The position numbers and the translations under genes were made by a program. From contig CAVYSY010000051.1 of assembly GCA_963771175.1 (NCBI GenBank), forward strand, positions 128,001 to 192,000: DNA of 64,000 nt. The letters run 5' to 3'. Origin of the DNA: an uncultured delta proteobacterium. GTDB taxonomy: Bacteria > Myxococcota > Myxococcia > Myxococcales > Myxococcaceae. Below the pieces are notes generated by a model, which ran no database searches, was not told the origin of the DNA, and was given only the letters and a program-made list of their open reading frames with translations. Shown here piece after piece: positions 1 through 10,675 of this stretch (the stretch's first letter is position 1; each line of letters starts with the position of its first letter).

Positions 1-932
1 TGCTCGAGCTCATCCACCCGGACGACCGTGGCCTGGCCGCCAGCGTGCTCGAGGCCACGGTCATCGGGGGCGGTCCCCCCGCTCGGGAGGTCCGCTTCCT
101 GCGCGAGGGCGGCCAGGTGGTGACGGCGGAGCTCGGCGCGATGCGGCTGATCTTCGATGACGAGATGGCCACCGTGGTGACCGCGCGGGACATCACCGCG
201 CGCAAGCAGATGCAGGCGCGCCTGCTGCTCGCCGACCGGCTGGCGAGCGTGGGCACCCTGGCGGCCGGCGTGGCGCATGAGATCAACAACCCGCTCGCCT
301 TCGTCCTCTCCAACCTCGGCTTCCTCGAGGAGGACTTCCGGCGGCTCAGGGGCGAGGTTCCGGGAGAGCGATTGCAGGAGATGGAGCAGATCCTTCGCGA
401 GACCCGCGAGGGGGCCGATCGGGTGCGGCACATCGTGCGAGACCTGCGGACCCTCTCGCGTGACGAAGGCGAGGAGCTCTCCGTCGTGGACGTGTGCGGC
501 GTGGTCGAGTCGAGCGTGGGGCTGGTGCGCAACGAGCTGCGCCACCGCGCTCGGGTGGTGAAGGACCTCGAGCCGGTGCCGCCAGTGTGGGCGAGCGAAG
601 GACGGCTGGGGCAGGTCCTGCTCAACCTGCTCATCAACGCCGCGCATTCTCTTCCCATCGGTCAGCCCGACCGGAACGAGGTTCGCGTGAGGGTGCGCAC
701 CATCGGCGACCGGGTCGTCATCGAAGTGGCGGACACGGGGGAGGGGATTGCCCCCGAGATTCGTGATCGGATCTTCGATCCCTTCTTCACCACCAGGCCG
801 GTGGGGATGGGGACGGGGCTCGGCCTGTCCATCTGCCATGGCATCGTGACGAGCCTGGGAGGGGAGATCTCCGTGGAGAGCGAGGTGGGGCAGGGCTCCA
901 CCTTCCGACTTTCACTCCCCGCCGCGCGTTGA
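1..932 (+). CDS. PAS-domain sensor histidine kinase (5' end lies outside the window)
   Basis: H-box LAAGVAHEINNPL, N-box QVLLNLLINA, G boxes DTGEGI and GTGLGLSI, F-box FDPFFTT; PAS C-terminal motif ARDITARK. Confidence 0.93.
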   Translation, partial: LELIHPDDRGLAASVLEATVIGGGPPAREVRFLREGGQVVTAELGAMRLIFDDEMATVVTARDITARKQMQARLLLADRLASVGTLAAGVAHEINNPLAFVLSNLGFLEEDFRRLRGEVPGERLQEMEQILRETREGADRVRHIVRDLRTLSRDEGEELSVVDVCGVVESSVGLVRNELRHRARVVKDLEPVPPVWASEGRLGQVLLNLLINAAHSLPIGQPDRNEVRVRVRTIGDRVVIEVADTGEGIAPEIRDRIFDPFFTTRPVGMGTGLGLSICHGIVTSLGGEISVESEVGQGSTFRLSLPAAR

Positions 933-1844
933 CGGTGGGATCAGGCTCCTCAGGGGGGCGTCCTTCAGGCGGCGCTTCGCCTCCTTCGCGGGCAGTCCCG
1001 TGAAGTGCATCGCCAGCGCCACCTTCACCTCGCCCCCGGCCTGCTCCAGCAACCGCTTCGCCGCCGCGTGGGACAGGTCCGTCAGCTCCGCCACCATCCG
1101 CGCCGCCCTCGCCCGCAGCTTCACGTTCGTGGGTCGCACGTCCACCATCCGCCCCCGGTACACCTTCCCCAGCGCCACGAAGGCCGCCGTCGTCAGGGCG
1201 TTGAGGATCAGCTTCGTCGCTGTCCCGGCCTTCAGTCGCGTGCTTCCCGCCACCAGCTCCGGCCCCGTCTCGGCCAGCAGCACGTGATCGACCTTCAGCC
1301 GAGGGCCTGGCGGGTTGCAGCACACCAGCACGGTGCGAGCCCCGCGACGACGCGCCTCGTCCAGCGCGCCCAGCACGAAGGGCGTCCGCGCGCTCGCGGA
1401 GATGCCACACACCACGTCCCGGGGCCCCGCGCGCAGCTTGCGCACGGACGCGGCGCCGGCCTCGGCATCATCCTCGGCGCCTTCCACCGCGCGCGTCATC
1501 GCCCGGCGACCGCCGGCGATCACCGCCTGGACCTGGCTGGGGGAGGCTCCGAACGTTGGGGGGCACTCACTCGCGTCGAGCACCCCGAGGCGCCCGCTCG
1601 TGCCCGCTCCCACGTAGAGCAGACGGCCGCCCGCCCGCAATGCGTCCGCCACGGCCCGAGCTACTCTCGCCACTTCGGCCAGAGCAGGGCGGACCGCACG
1701 GACGGCGGCCACATCTTCTTGATGGAGGCGGCGGACGACCTCCTCGGTGGAGGCGAGGTCCAGGTCGTCCGAACGACGATGAAGCCGCTCGGTGGGCGGG
1801 AGCGCGATCCGTTTCGAGCGCGAGCTTCCCACCCGCGAGCCCAC
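912..1844 (-). CDS. murQ: N-acetylmuramic acid 6-phosphate etherase
   Basis: GAGTSGRLGVLDASECPPTF, EGAEDD, GSTRLKAGTATK motifs; GTG start just after the rpmB stop (1844 or 1832). Confidence 0.93.
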   Translation of the reverse strand: MGSRVGSSRSKRIALPPTERLHRRSDDLDLASTEEVVRRLHQEDVAAVRAVRPALAEVARVARAVADALRAGGRLLYVGAGTSGRLGVLDASECPPTFGASPSQVQAVIAGGRRAMTRAVEGAEDDAEAGAASVRKLRAGPRDVVCGISASARTPFVLGALDEARRRGARTVLVCCNPPGPRLKVDHVLLAETGPELVAGSTRLKAGTATKLILNALTTAAFVALGKVYRGRMVDVRPTNVKLRARAARMVAELTDLSHAAAKRLLEQAGGEVKVALAMHFTGLPAKEAKRRLKDAPLRSLIPPSTRGGE

Positions 1845-1852
1845 CGGCCTTC

Positions 1853-2044
1853 TCAGGCCGCCTTGGTGACCTTGCCAGCCTTGATGCAGCGAGTGCACGC
1901 GAGCACGCGCTCCGTGCGACCCTCGACGGAGGCCCGGATCTTCTGCAGATTCGGGAGGGTCCGCTTCTTGGTCTTGTTGTTCGCGTGGCTGACGTTGTTG
2001 CCCACCAGCGGGCGCTTCCCGCAGATGTCGCATTTCCAAGCCAT
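1853..2044 (-). CDS. rpmB: 50S ribosomal protein L28
   Basis: [42 protein letters not shown] upstream. Confidence 0.97.
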   Translation of the reverse strand: MAWKCDICGKRPLVGNNVSHANNKTKKRTLPNLQKIRASVEGRTERVLACTRCIKAGKVTKAA

Positions 2045-2143
2045 GACTGCAACTCCTTGAAATCAGGGGCGAAAAGAAGGCCCGCCCAAATAGAGCGGCG
2101 GAACCTATCCACAAACCACCAGAAAATCCAGTCTGATCCGGCC

Positions 2144-3664
2144 TCAGCGCTTGAGGACGTCCTTCTTCTTCATCATTTCCTGCACCAGGCGCACGGCCCG
2201 CGTGCCGGCGAGGAACTCTCCCTCGAGGCCCAGGCCGGGGAGGATCTCCCTCCCGGCCAGCAGCACGTTCTTCGCGGGAGTGTGTTGCTTCAACCCGGTG
2301 ACGCCCAGCACCGCTTCCGAGTCGAACGTGTAATGAGGGTGCGGCATGAGCCGGCTGCCGCGTACCGCCCCGGCATCCAGGTAGGGGGCCGAGCGCAGCA
2401 GCCGCTTGTCCTTCGTGAAGGGCATCAGCGCATCCAGGTGCGCGTCGATGCGCAGGGCCAGCGACTGGAGGTAGCCCTCGCCCAGGTCGCGCACGCTGGC
2501 GGGTACGAAGCCTCCGGCGCACACCACTCGGAGCGAGGGATCATCCTTGCCGTCGGGCGTCCGGGCGGGGTGGAGCTGGACGAGCAGGGGGCCGAGCTCG
2601 ACGTCCTGGGTGTCCAGGAGCAGCAATTCGCCCATGCCCCGCGGGAGCACCGCCTCGGGCAGCACCCAGTTCACCGTGAAGAGGAAGGACTTGATGGTGG
2701 ACAGGTCGAGCTGCTCGCTCAGCGCGCGATGCTTCTTGCGGTCGGTGACGAGCCGCCGCAGCGCTCCCGCGTCCGTGGCGGACACCAGGCACGAGCCCCG
2801 GTAGAGCGTGTCCGAGCGCAGCAGCTTCACCGCGGAGAAGCGGCTTCCGTCGAAGTGCAGCTCCTCCACCACATAGGTGTCGGTGTTCTCGGGGCTGAGC
2901 AGATCGCCCCCCAGCTCGGTGAACCGGTCGAAGAGCACCTGGCGCAGGCCGTCGCGACCGCCCGGATAGCGCCAGGGCGTCTGCAGCGCCTGGGACAGGG
3001 GGCGCGTGCGCGCCAGGGGGGATTCCGGCTGGTCCAGGTGGACGACGAAGGGCAGCAGGCCCCGCAGCAACTTGGAGGGCTCGTCCTCCCCCGTCAGCTT
3101 CGGCTCCGTCTCGAGCCCCGGGTGCTGCCGCATGCGCTTCTTGAGGTTCCAGCCCTCCATGAAGCCGTCCGGCGGCAGGGGCGGGCCCTCCTTGAAGAAG
3201 GCATCGGAGGGCTCGTGCTGCGTGGTCGTGGCGGCGATGTCCGCGAGGAGCCGCTCGCCCTGCTCGCTGAACTCGCGGGTGAGCTCGGCGCGGCGGCGGG
3301 CCGTGTCGGTGTGCAGGTCCACCCGATGGCGCGGCAGCACGAGCTGCAGCTCGGGGAGATGGGGCTGCTGGTTGCGCTGGAACGTGGTGGTGAGGCCCAG
3401 CTCGGTGAAGGCCTCCTCCACCGAGGGCATCGTCTTGAGGGCCGGGGCGACGAAGGGGGCGTAGGGCAGCACGAAGCCATCGTGCTCGTAGCCCGGTCCC
3501 GTTCCATCGTGCTCCACCAGGAGCACGCTGTAGCCCCGCTTGGCCAGCAGTGCCGCGGCGAGCGCTCCACCGAGCTGGCTGCCCAGTATGATCACGTCAT
3601 AGACGTGCCGGGACGGGGCCTTGGTGGAGGGGTGGGGCTTGGATTTCGCGACGGGCATCGTCAT
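2144..3664 (-). CDS. FAD-dependent oxidoreductase, phytoene desaturase-like family
   Basis: N-terminal Rossmann motif YDVIILGSQLGGALAAALLAKRGYSVLLVE; C-terminal NVLLAGREILPGLG. Confidence 0.75.
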   Translation of the reverse strand: MTMPVAKSKPHPSTKAPSRHVYDVIILGSQLGGALAAALLAKRGYSVLLVEHDGTGPGYEHDGFVLPYAPFVAPALKTMPSVEEAFTELGLTTTFQRNQQPHLPELQLVLPRHRVDLHTDTARRRAELTREFSEQGERLLADIAATTTQHEPSDAFFKEGPPLPPDGFMEGWNLKKRMRQHPGLETEPKLTGEDEPSKLLRGLLPFVVHLDQPESPLARTRPLSQALQTPWRYPGGRDGLRQVLFDRFTELGGDLLSPENTDTYVVEELHFDGSRFSAVKLLRSDTLYRGSCLVSATDAGALRRLVTDRKKHRALSEQLDLSTIKSFLFTVNWVLPEAVLPRGMGELLLLDTQDVELGPLLVQLHPARTPDGKDDPSLRVVCAGGFVPASVRDLGEGYLQSLALRIDAHLDALMPFTKDKRLLRSAPYLDAGAVRGSRLMPHPHYTFDSEAVLGVTGLKQHTPAKNVLLAGREILPGLGLEGEFLAGTRAVRLVQEMMKKKDVLKR

Positions 3665-3753
3665 TGCGGCGCGCACACTACACACGTTGACGTGGGCTCG
3701 GCAGCGCTTTCCCGCTAAAGGGAGCCGAAAAGGGTCGGGAGGAGCGGGCGCTG

Positions 3754-4515
3754 CTACGGCTTGGGCGCCTCGGCGGGTTCCACCGGACGCCAGCGGGGTG
3801 CCTCGTCTTCGTCGGGGCGGCCCTCGAGGATCTCGTGGGGGCGGAACGTCCCCTTGTAGCGCAGCGAGGCGCACTCCTGGACGCGGTAGCCGAGGTAGAC
3901 GTGCGGGATGCCTCGCGCCCGGGCGATCTCCACCTGGAACACCACGTTGGCCGAGCCCGGCGAGCAGCGTGCGTAGGCGGGGTCGAAGAAGAAGTACACC
4001 GCGCTCCAGGCGTTGGGCGTCTCGTCGCAGATGCCCAGTCCCACCAGCCGGGAGCCGCCCTCGGCGGTGTCGTCGTAGTAGGCCACCTCGCGCGCGGACG
4101 GGTGCGGGAAGGCGAACTGGAGGAAGTAGTCGCGCAGGCCGAGCGGTGAGGCGTCCCACTCGCGCGACTGCTCTCGCTCGGCGTGCCAGGCACGGTAGAG
4201 CGCCAGCCGCTCCTCATCCACCCGGGGCGGGCCCACCTCCACGCGGAAGTGGGCGCATGCGGCGCGCGCCCGGCGCTGGCTGCGGTTGGGCTGGAAGGTG
4301 GCAGTGGGGATGCGCAGCGAGATGCACTGGTTGCAGGCCTGGCACGCCGGCCGGAAGTACAGCGGGCCGAAGCGGCGCCACCCGCGCACGAGCATCCGCT
4401 CGTACTCCTCGGGCGTCACGTCCTGCATCACCACCTGCTCCAGCGACGAGCGCTGGTCGGGCAGGTAGCTGCAGGTGCCGGGCGGCTCGACGGTATGTCC
4501 CAGGATGATGGCCAT
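3754..4515 (-). CDS. Arginyl-tRNA-protein transferase family (Ate/Bpt aminoacyl transferase)
   Basis: CSYLP, GWRRFG..FRPAC..C..CISLRI, SAVYFFFDP, HVYLGYRV..C.SLRYK motifs. Confidence 0.88.
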   Translation of the reverse strand: MAIILGHTVEPPGTCSYLPDQRSSLEQVVMQDVTPEEYERMLVRGWRRFGPLYFRPACQACNQCISLRIPTATFQPNRSQRRARAACAHFRVEVGPPRVDEERLALYRAWHAEREQSREWDASPLGLRDYFLQFAFPHPSAREVAYYDDTAEGGSRLVGLGICDETPNAWSAVYFFFDPAYARCSPGSANVVFQVEIARARGIPHVYLGYRVQECASLRYKGTFRPHEILEGRPDEDEAPRWRPVEPAEAPKP

Positions 4516-4603
4516 GGCTTCGACTTCGTTCCTGGGGGTTGGCGGCTTTTCCGTCAAGCGGAACGGGTGGAGAGGCCGCCTGAAGGGTTGGGGGGCGGTC
4601 GCT

Positions 4604-5083
4604 TTACAGGTCCTCTTCGCTCAGCACGGTGAGCCCGGCCTGGGCGAGCAGCGCAGCCGTCACTCCCTGGCCCCGCACCACCATTCCATCCACGGACGTG
4701 CCCTGGGTGCCGCACGAGGGACTGCGCTCCTTCAGCAGCGCCACCCGCACTCCGAATCGCCGTGCCGCCGCCAGTGCCAGCTCCGCGCCCCGGAGGAAGG
4801 CCTCCGTCCGGTCCGTCCCCGACTCCACCTCCGCTGCCCGCGCCCGGCCCGCCAGCACCTCCGCTCCCGCGCCGCCCTTCAGATCCACCGGAGGGCGGGG
4901 GATTCCCAGGCCCGCCCCCGTCTCCGGGCACACGGGCACCACGTCCTTGCCCTCCAGCGCCTGCAGCACCTTGCTCGAGCCCTTCGACTTGCCGTCGTAC
5001 CGGCACGCCTCGCCCAGCAGGCACGCGCTCACCAACACCACCGGTGCCTCGCGCAGCGCCGCCACCCGCGCCTCGCGCGTCAT
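4604..5083 (-). CDS. DUF523 family protein (2-thiouracil desulfurase-like)
   Basis: VSACLLGEACRYDG, VCPE..GLGIPR, LKERSPSCG motifs. Confidence 0.88.
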   Translation of the reverse strand: MTREARVAALREAPVVLVSACLLGEACRYDGKSKGSSKVLQALEGKDVVPVCPETGAGLGIPRPPVDLKGGAGAEVLAGRARAAEVESGTDRTEAFLRGAELALAAARRFGVRVALLKERSPSCGTQGTSVDGMVVRGQGVTAALLAQAGLTVLSEEDL

Positions 5084-5744
5084 TCTCGCTCTCCGGGGTT
5101 GCGCAGGCTCAGCTCTCCCACGGCCGGTCCCGCCGTCGTCACCACTCGCCCGCCCTCCAGCCGCACCACCCCCGTGGCCACCAGCTTCACCACCAGCGGG
5201 TACAGCCGGTGCTCCTCCTTCAGGATGCGCGCCGTCAGCGCCGCCTCGTCGTCTCCCGGCAGCACCGGCACCACCGCCTGCGCGATGATGGGGCCCGTGT
5301 CCATGCCCGCGATCCACGAAGTGCACTGTGCACCCGGCCACCTTCACCCCACGCTCCAGCGCCTGCCGCTGCGCGTGCAGCCCCGGGAAGGCCGGCAGCA
5401 GCGACGGGTGGATGTTCAGCACCTTCCCCGCGAAGCGCCCCAGGAAGTCCGTCCCCAGCAGCCGCATGAAGCCCGCCAGGCACACCCACTCCACGCCCGC
5501 CGACACCAGGGCGTCCACCAGCGCCTTCTCGAAGTCCGCCCGCGAGCCGAAGGCCTTGTGCTCCAGCACCACCACCGGCACTCCGGCCTTCCTCGCCCGC
5601 TCGAGCGCGAAGGCCGTGGGCACATTCGACACCACCACCGCCACCTCGGCCGGGAAGCCGGGCCTGCGCGCACGCGTCCAGCAGCGCCTGCAGGTTGCTC
5701 CCGCTGCCCGACACCAGCACGCCCAGCTTCATCCTTCCGCTCAT
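5080..5744 (-). CDS. purN: Phosphoribosylglycinamide formyltransferase (apparent indels near 5660 and 5310)
   Basis: [60 protein letters not shown] spread over three frames. Confidence 0.92.
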
Positions 5745-6779
5745 GGCTCGACGACCGCCGTGGCCTCTCCCTGGCCCGCCTCCACGCGGCCCACCTCCGA
5801 GGCCTCCACCCCGCGCGCCTTCAGCAGCGCCAGTGCCGCCGGCACGTCCGCCCTGGCCACCACCGCGATGAGGCCCAGGCCCATGTTGAAGGTGTCGTAC
5901 ATCTCCTTGCGCTCGACGCCGCCCAGCTTCTGGATGAGGTCGAAGATGGCCGGACGCTTCCACGTCTTCTCGTCCAGCACCGCCCTCGTCCCGTCCGGCA
6001 GGCACCGCGGCAGGTTGCCCGGAATGCCGCTGCCGGTGATGTGCGCGAAGCCCTTCACCTTCACCGCCTTCGCCAGCGCCAGCGCGTCCTTCACGTAGAT
6101 GCGCGTGGGCTCCAGCAGCGCGTCCGCCAGCGGCCGATCCAGGCCCTCGGGCACCGCGTCCAGCTTCAGCTTCGCGTCCTCCAGCAGCACCTTGCGCGCC
6201 AGCGAGTAGCCGTTGGAGTGCAGGCCGGACGAGGCCATGCCCGATGAGCGCGTCGCCGGGCGCCACGCTCTTGCCGTCGATGAGCTCCGAGCGCTCCACC
6301 ACGCCCACGCAGAAGCCGGCCAGGTCGTACTCGCCCCGAGCGTAGAAGCCCGGCATCTCCGCCGTCTCGCCGCCCAGCAGCGTGCACCCCGCCTGCTCAC
6401 AGCCCAGGGCGATGCCCTTCACCACCTCGGCCGCGGCGTCCACCTCCAGCCGCCCCGTGGCGAAGTAGTCCAGGAAGAAGAGCGGCTCGGCCCCACAGGT
6501 GAGGATGTCGTTGACGGACATGGCCACCAGGTCGATGCCCACCGTGTCGTGCCGGCCCGCCTGGAAGGCCACCTTCAGCTTGGTGCCCACCCCGTCCGTG
6601 CCCGCCACCAGCACCGGCTCCCGGTACTTGCCGGGTGGCAGGGCGAACAGGCCGCCGAAGCCGCCCACCCCCGCCACCACCTCCGGCCTCACCGTCCGCG
6701 CCGCATAGGGCTTGATGCGCTCGACGAACGCGTCGCCCGCCTCGATGTCCACTCCGGACTGCTTGTAGGTCGTTCCCAC
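5741..6779 (-). CDS. purM: Phosphoribosylformylglycinamidine cyclo-ligase (apparent indel near 6240)
   Basis: [47 protein letters not shown]. Confidence 0.95.
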
Positions 6780-6966
6780 GGCCGGGCCTTCTACTGGCTT
6801 CCCCCTCCGCTTGTCTCGGCCGGCAGCACCCCGGGTGTCACATTCGCGTCGTCCTGCACGTTCCACCTCCCGAGGTAGGCGTCTGGATGACACCTGGGGC
6901 CCGAAGGACACCAGATCGCGGTCGGAATTTGACCCTGTCGATGGGGACGGCTTAACTCGCCCTGCG

Positions 6967-7617
6967 ATGGGCGCCGAGGAAACCCTCTTTCAACGTTTCG
7001 GCAAGGAGTTCCCGAAGGGCACGGTCCTCTTCCGCGAGGGAGAGCCGGGCAAGGAGATGTTCGTCCTTCAATCGGGAAAAATTGCCATCTCCAAGCGCGT
7101 GCGGGACGTGGAGAAGGTGCTCGCCACGCTCGGGCCGGGGGAATTCTTCGGCGAGATGGCGATCATCTCCAACAAGCCGCGCAACGCCACCGCCACCGTG
7201 AGCGAGGACGCGAAGCTGCTGGTCATCGACCCCAAGACGTTCGAGGGGATGATCCGCGGCAACGCCGAGATCGCCGTGCGGATGATCAAGAAGCTGGCCG
7301 AGCGGCTGTCCGAGGCGGACGCGCAGATCGAGAACCTGCTGCTCGCCGACCCGGCCAGCCGGGTGGTCCACCACATCCTCCAGGTCTGCCAGACGCGCGG
7401 CCGGGCGATGGAGGAGGGGGTGGAGATCGAGCTGCCGGTGCGCGAGCTGCCCCGGCAGATCGGCGTGGGCGAGCCGGCCATCCGCAACATGCTGGACCGG
7501 TTGGAGCGCGCCGGACTCGTGGAGCGCGGCGGTGACAGACTCACCGTCTATGACACGGCTCGCCTCCACGACTTCCTCCAGTACCTGGAGATGAAGTGGA
7601 AGTTCGGAGATCTCTAG
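6967..7617 (+). CDS. Crp/Fnr-family cyclic-nucleotide-binding regulator
   Basis: cNMP-binding motif [24 protein letters not shown] followed by a C-terminal HTH-like region. Confidence 0.88.
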   Translation: MGAEETLFQRFGKEFPKGTVLFREGEPGKEMFVLQSGKIAISKRVRDVEKVLATLGPGEFFGEMAIISNKPRNATATVSEDAKLLVIDPKTFEGMIRGNAEIAVRMIKKLAERLSEADAQIENLLLADPASRVVHHILQVCQTRGRAMEEGVEIELPVRELPRQIGVGEPAIRNMLDRLERAGLVERGGDRLTVYDTARLHDFLQYLEMKWKFGDL

Positions 7618-7618
7618 C

Positions 7619-8378
7619 GTGAAGCTCCAGGTCCTCGGCTGCCATGGCGGTGAGCTGCCCTCGTGCCGCACCACGTGCTTCCTCGTGGATGACGTGCTCT
7701 CGCTCGACGCGGGCGCGCTCACGAGCACGTTGTCGCTCGAGCAGCTCTGCAAGGTCGACGACATCCTCGTCGGCCACAGCCACTTCGATCACGTGAAGGA
7801 TCTGCCGCTGATGGCGGATCTGATCATCGGTCGGCGCGACAAGCCGGTCACCATCCACGCCTCGCGCGAGTGCGCCCGTGCGCTGCGCGAGAACATGTTC
7901 AACAACGCCCTCTGGCCGGACTTCACGCGCATCCCCACGCGCAAGGAGCCGGTGCTGCGCATCAAGGCCTTCCGGGCCGGCAGCACCTTCCAGGTGGGGC
8001 CCTACACGGTGCAGTCCATTCCGGTGCACCACCCGGTGGAGTCCTGCGGCTTCGTCATCACCCGACGGCCGCACCTCGCTGGCCATGAGCGGCGACACCG
8101 GCCCCACCGAAAAGCTGTGGAAGGTGCTCAACCAGACGCCCGAACCTCAAGGCGCTCCTGGTGGAGACGAGCTTCCCCAACGCGCTGCAGCAGCTGGCCG
8201 ACGTGTCCGGCCACCTCACCCCGCAGACGCTCAAGAGCGAGCTGGAGAAGTTCGAGCGCAACGGCGTCCACGGTGCTCCTCTACCACCTCAAGCCGGCCT
8301 TCATTCAGCCCACTGAAGCGGGAGCTGGCGGAGCTGCCGGTGGAGGTCCTGGAGCTGGGCGACACCTTCGAGTTCTAG
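7619..8378 (+). CDS. Class II 3',5'-cyclic nucleotide phosphodiesterase, metallo-beta-lactamase fold (several apparent indels)
   Basis: VLGCHGG, DAG, HSHFDHV, WPDF, VHHPV, SGDTG, SGHLTP, YHLKP across frames. Confidence 0.8.
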
Positions 8379-8480
8379 GCCCGGTCGCCCCCCAGACGGA
8401 CGATTCGGGAGGTTTCCTGACGGGGCGCGGCAGTGCATGGGAGTTGACGGGCCCGGGGGAGTGGGATTAACGCCCCTTTC

Positions 8481-9332
8481 ATGGCCTGGTTCTCCAAGAA
8501 GCCCCGCATCGCCACCACTCCCGAGCCCATCGAAGCCCCCAGCCGCATGCAGGGGCTCTGGGCCAAGTGCGAGAGCTGCGACGAGATCATCTACCGGCAG
8601 GAGCTGGAGAAGAACCTCGAACGTCTGCCCGCACTGCGATCACCACCTGCCCTGGCCCGCTCGCGCCCGCCTCGAGGCGCTGTTGGATCCCGAACAGCTT
8701 CGAGGAGTTCGACAAGGAGCTGGAGCCGCAGGACCCGCTCGGCTTCACCGACTCGAAGAAGTACAAGGACCGGCTCAAGTCCACCCGCAAGGCGCTCGAC
8801 GAGAACGACGCCTTCATCTCCGGCGTGGGCCGCATCGAGGGCAAGCAGGTCTCCGTCGGCTGCTTCGTCTTCGAGTTCATGGGCGGCTCCATGGGCTCGG
8901 TGGTGGGCGAGAAGGTGCACGCGCGTCTTCGAGCGCGCCCTCGAGCTGAAGTGCCCCGCCATCGTCTTCTCGGCCTCGGGCGGCGCGCGCATGCAGGAGG
9001 GCATCTTCTCCCTCATGCAGATGGCCAAGACCAGCGCGGCCATCGCCCGCTTCCGCGCCGTGCGGCAAGCCCTACATCTCGGTGATGCTGCACCCCACCA
9101 CCGGCGGCGTGGCGGCCTCCTTCTCCTGGCTGGGCGACGTCATCCTCGCCGAGCCCAAGGCGCTCATCGGCTTCGCCGGTCCGCGCGTCATCGAGCAGAC
9201 CATCCGCCAGAAGCTCCCCGAGGGCTTCCAGCGCTCCGAGTTCCTGCTCGAGCACGGGATGATCGACGCCATCGTGCCGCGCAAGGAGCTGCGCGCGACG
9301 CTGGCGCAGGTGCATCGACCTGCTCGGGCTAG
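8481..9332 (+). CDS. accD: Acetyl-CoA carboxylase carboxyltransferase beta subunit (apparent indels)
   Basis: [15 protein letters not shown] zinc finger, [54 protein letters not shown]. Confidence 0.95.
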   Translation: MAWFSKKPRIATTPEPIEAPSRMQGLWAKCESCDEIIYRQELEKNLERLPALRSPPALARSRPPRGAVGSRTASRSSTRSWSRRTRSASPTRRSTRTGSSPPARRSTRTTPSSPAWAASRASRSPSAASSSSSWAAPWARWWARRCTRVFERALELKCPAIVFSASGGARMQEGIFSLMQMAKTSAAIARFRAVRQALHLGDAAPHHRRRGGLLLLAGRRHPRRAQGAHRLRRSARHRADHPPEAPRGLPALRVPARARDDRRHRAAQGAARDAGAGASTCSG

Positions 9333-9350
9333 TCGACCCGCGCCCGCGCC

Positions 9351-10666
9351 ATGTCGCTGCCGCGGACGCCGACGGAGGCCCTGGAGTTCTTCTCCGCGGC
9401 TCAGTCCCTCCAGCATCAAGCTCGGTCTGGAGCGGGTGCTGGCGGCGCTGGAGGCGCTCGGCCACCCCGAGCGCCGCGTCCCCGACGCTCCACGTCGCGG
9501 GCACCAACGGCAAGGGCAGCACCTGCGCCTTCGCCGCCTCGGCCCTCCACGCCGCGGGCCACCGGGTGGGGCTCTACACCTCGCCCCACCTGGTGCGCGT
9601 CAACGAGCGCATCCGCGTGGACGGGGTGGAGATCTCCGACGAGCTGTTCGGCCGGCGCATCCTGGAGGTGCTCGAGCGCGCACCCGGACGCGGCCACCTC
9701 GCTCACCTACTTCGAGTTCGGCACCGTGGTGGCCTTCTGGCACTTCGCCCAGGAGGCCGTGGACGTGGCGGTGCTGGAGATGGGCCTGGGCGGGCGCCTG
9801 GATGCCACCAACGCGTGCCAGCCGCTCGTCACCGCCATCACCCCGGTGTCCTTCGATCACATGGAGTACCTCGGCCACACCCTCGGGGCGATCGCCGGGG
9901 AGAAGGCCGGCATCCTCAAGCCGGGCGTGCCCGTGGTGGTGAGCCGCCAGGAGCCCGAGGCCCTCGCCGCCATCGAGCGCAGGGCAGGGGAGGTGGGCGC
10001 GCCCGCTGCTCCTCGAGGGCCGGGACTTCTCCCTGGTCGCCCGCCCGGAGGGGGGCCTCGCCTACGAGGGGCCGGGCGCTCTCGCTGGAGGGCCTCACCC
10101 TGGGCCTGCGCGGGCCGCACCAGCTCCAGAACGCGGCGGTGGCGCTCGCGGCGCTGGAGTTGCTCTCGCTCGAGGGGAGTGCCTGTCTCCCCGGAGGCCC
10201 TGCGGACGGGACTGGCGAGGGCTCGCTGGCCCGGGCAGATCTGGAGGAGCTGGGCGGCCAGCCCCCCGTGCTGCTGGACGGGGCCCACAACCCCGCGGGC
10301 GTCGAGGTGCTGCTCGCGGGCTTGCGCTCCCTCTACCCGGGACGTCGCCGTCCACTGCGTCTTCGGCGTGGTGGCCGACAAGGAGCGCGGACCGATGCTG
10401 CGTGCCCTCCTGCCAACCTGTACCTCGGTACACCTCACGCCACTGGACACCCCGCGCTCCCTTGGCCCGGAGTCGCTACGTCGACGAGGCCCGTGCCCTG
10501 TGCGCGGACGTGCGTGCATATCCGTCCTTGGACGAGGCGCTGGCCGGTGCGCGAGGGCGAGCGGCCCCGGGAGACGTCATTCTGTGCACCGGTTCGCTGT
10601 TTCTGGTGGGGGCCGTGCGCGCGCAGGCTCGGCGGAAACCTTGGCGCATTGCATCACAGTCCGTAG
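9351..10666 (+). CDS. folC: Bifunctional folylpolyglutamate synthase/dihydrofolate synthase (multiple apparent indels)
   Basis: [58 protein letters not shown]; follows accD; 3' end approximate. Confidence 0.93.
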
Positions 10667-10675
10667 ATTCACAGC

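Noticed and set aside
1845..2522. Long N-terminal extension of MurQ in the 536-aa ORF
   Set aside because: It overlaps rpmB and the desaturase-like gene in other frames; MurQ similarity starts only after the rpmB stop.
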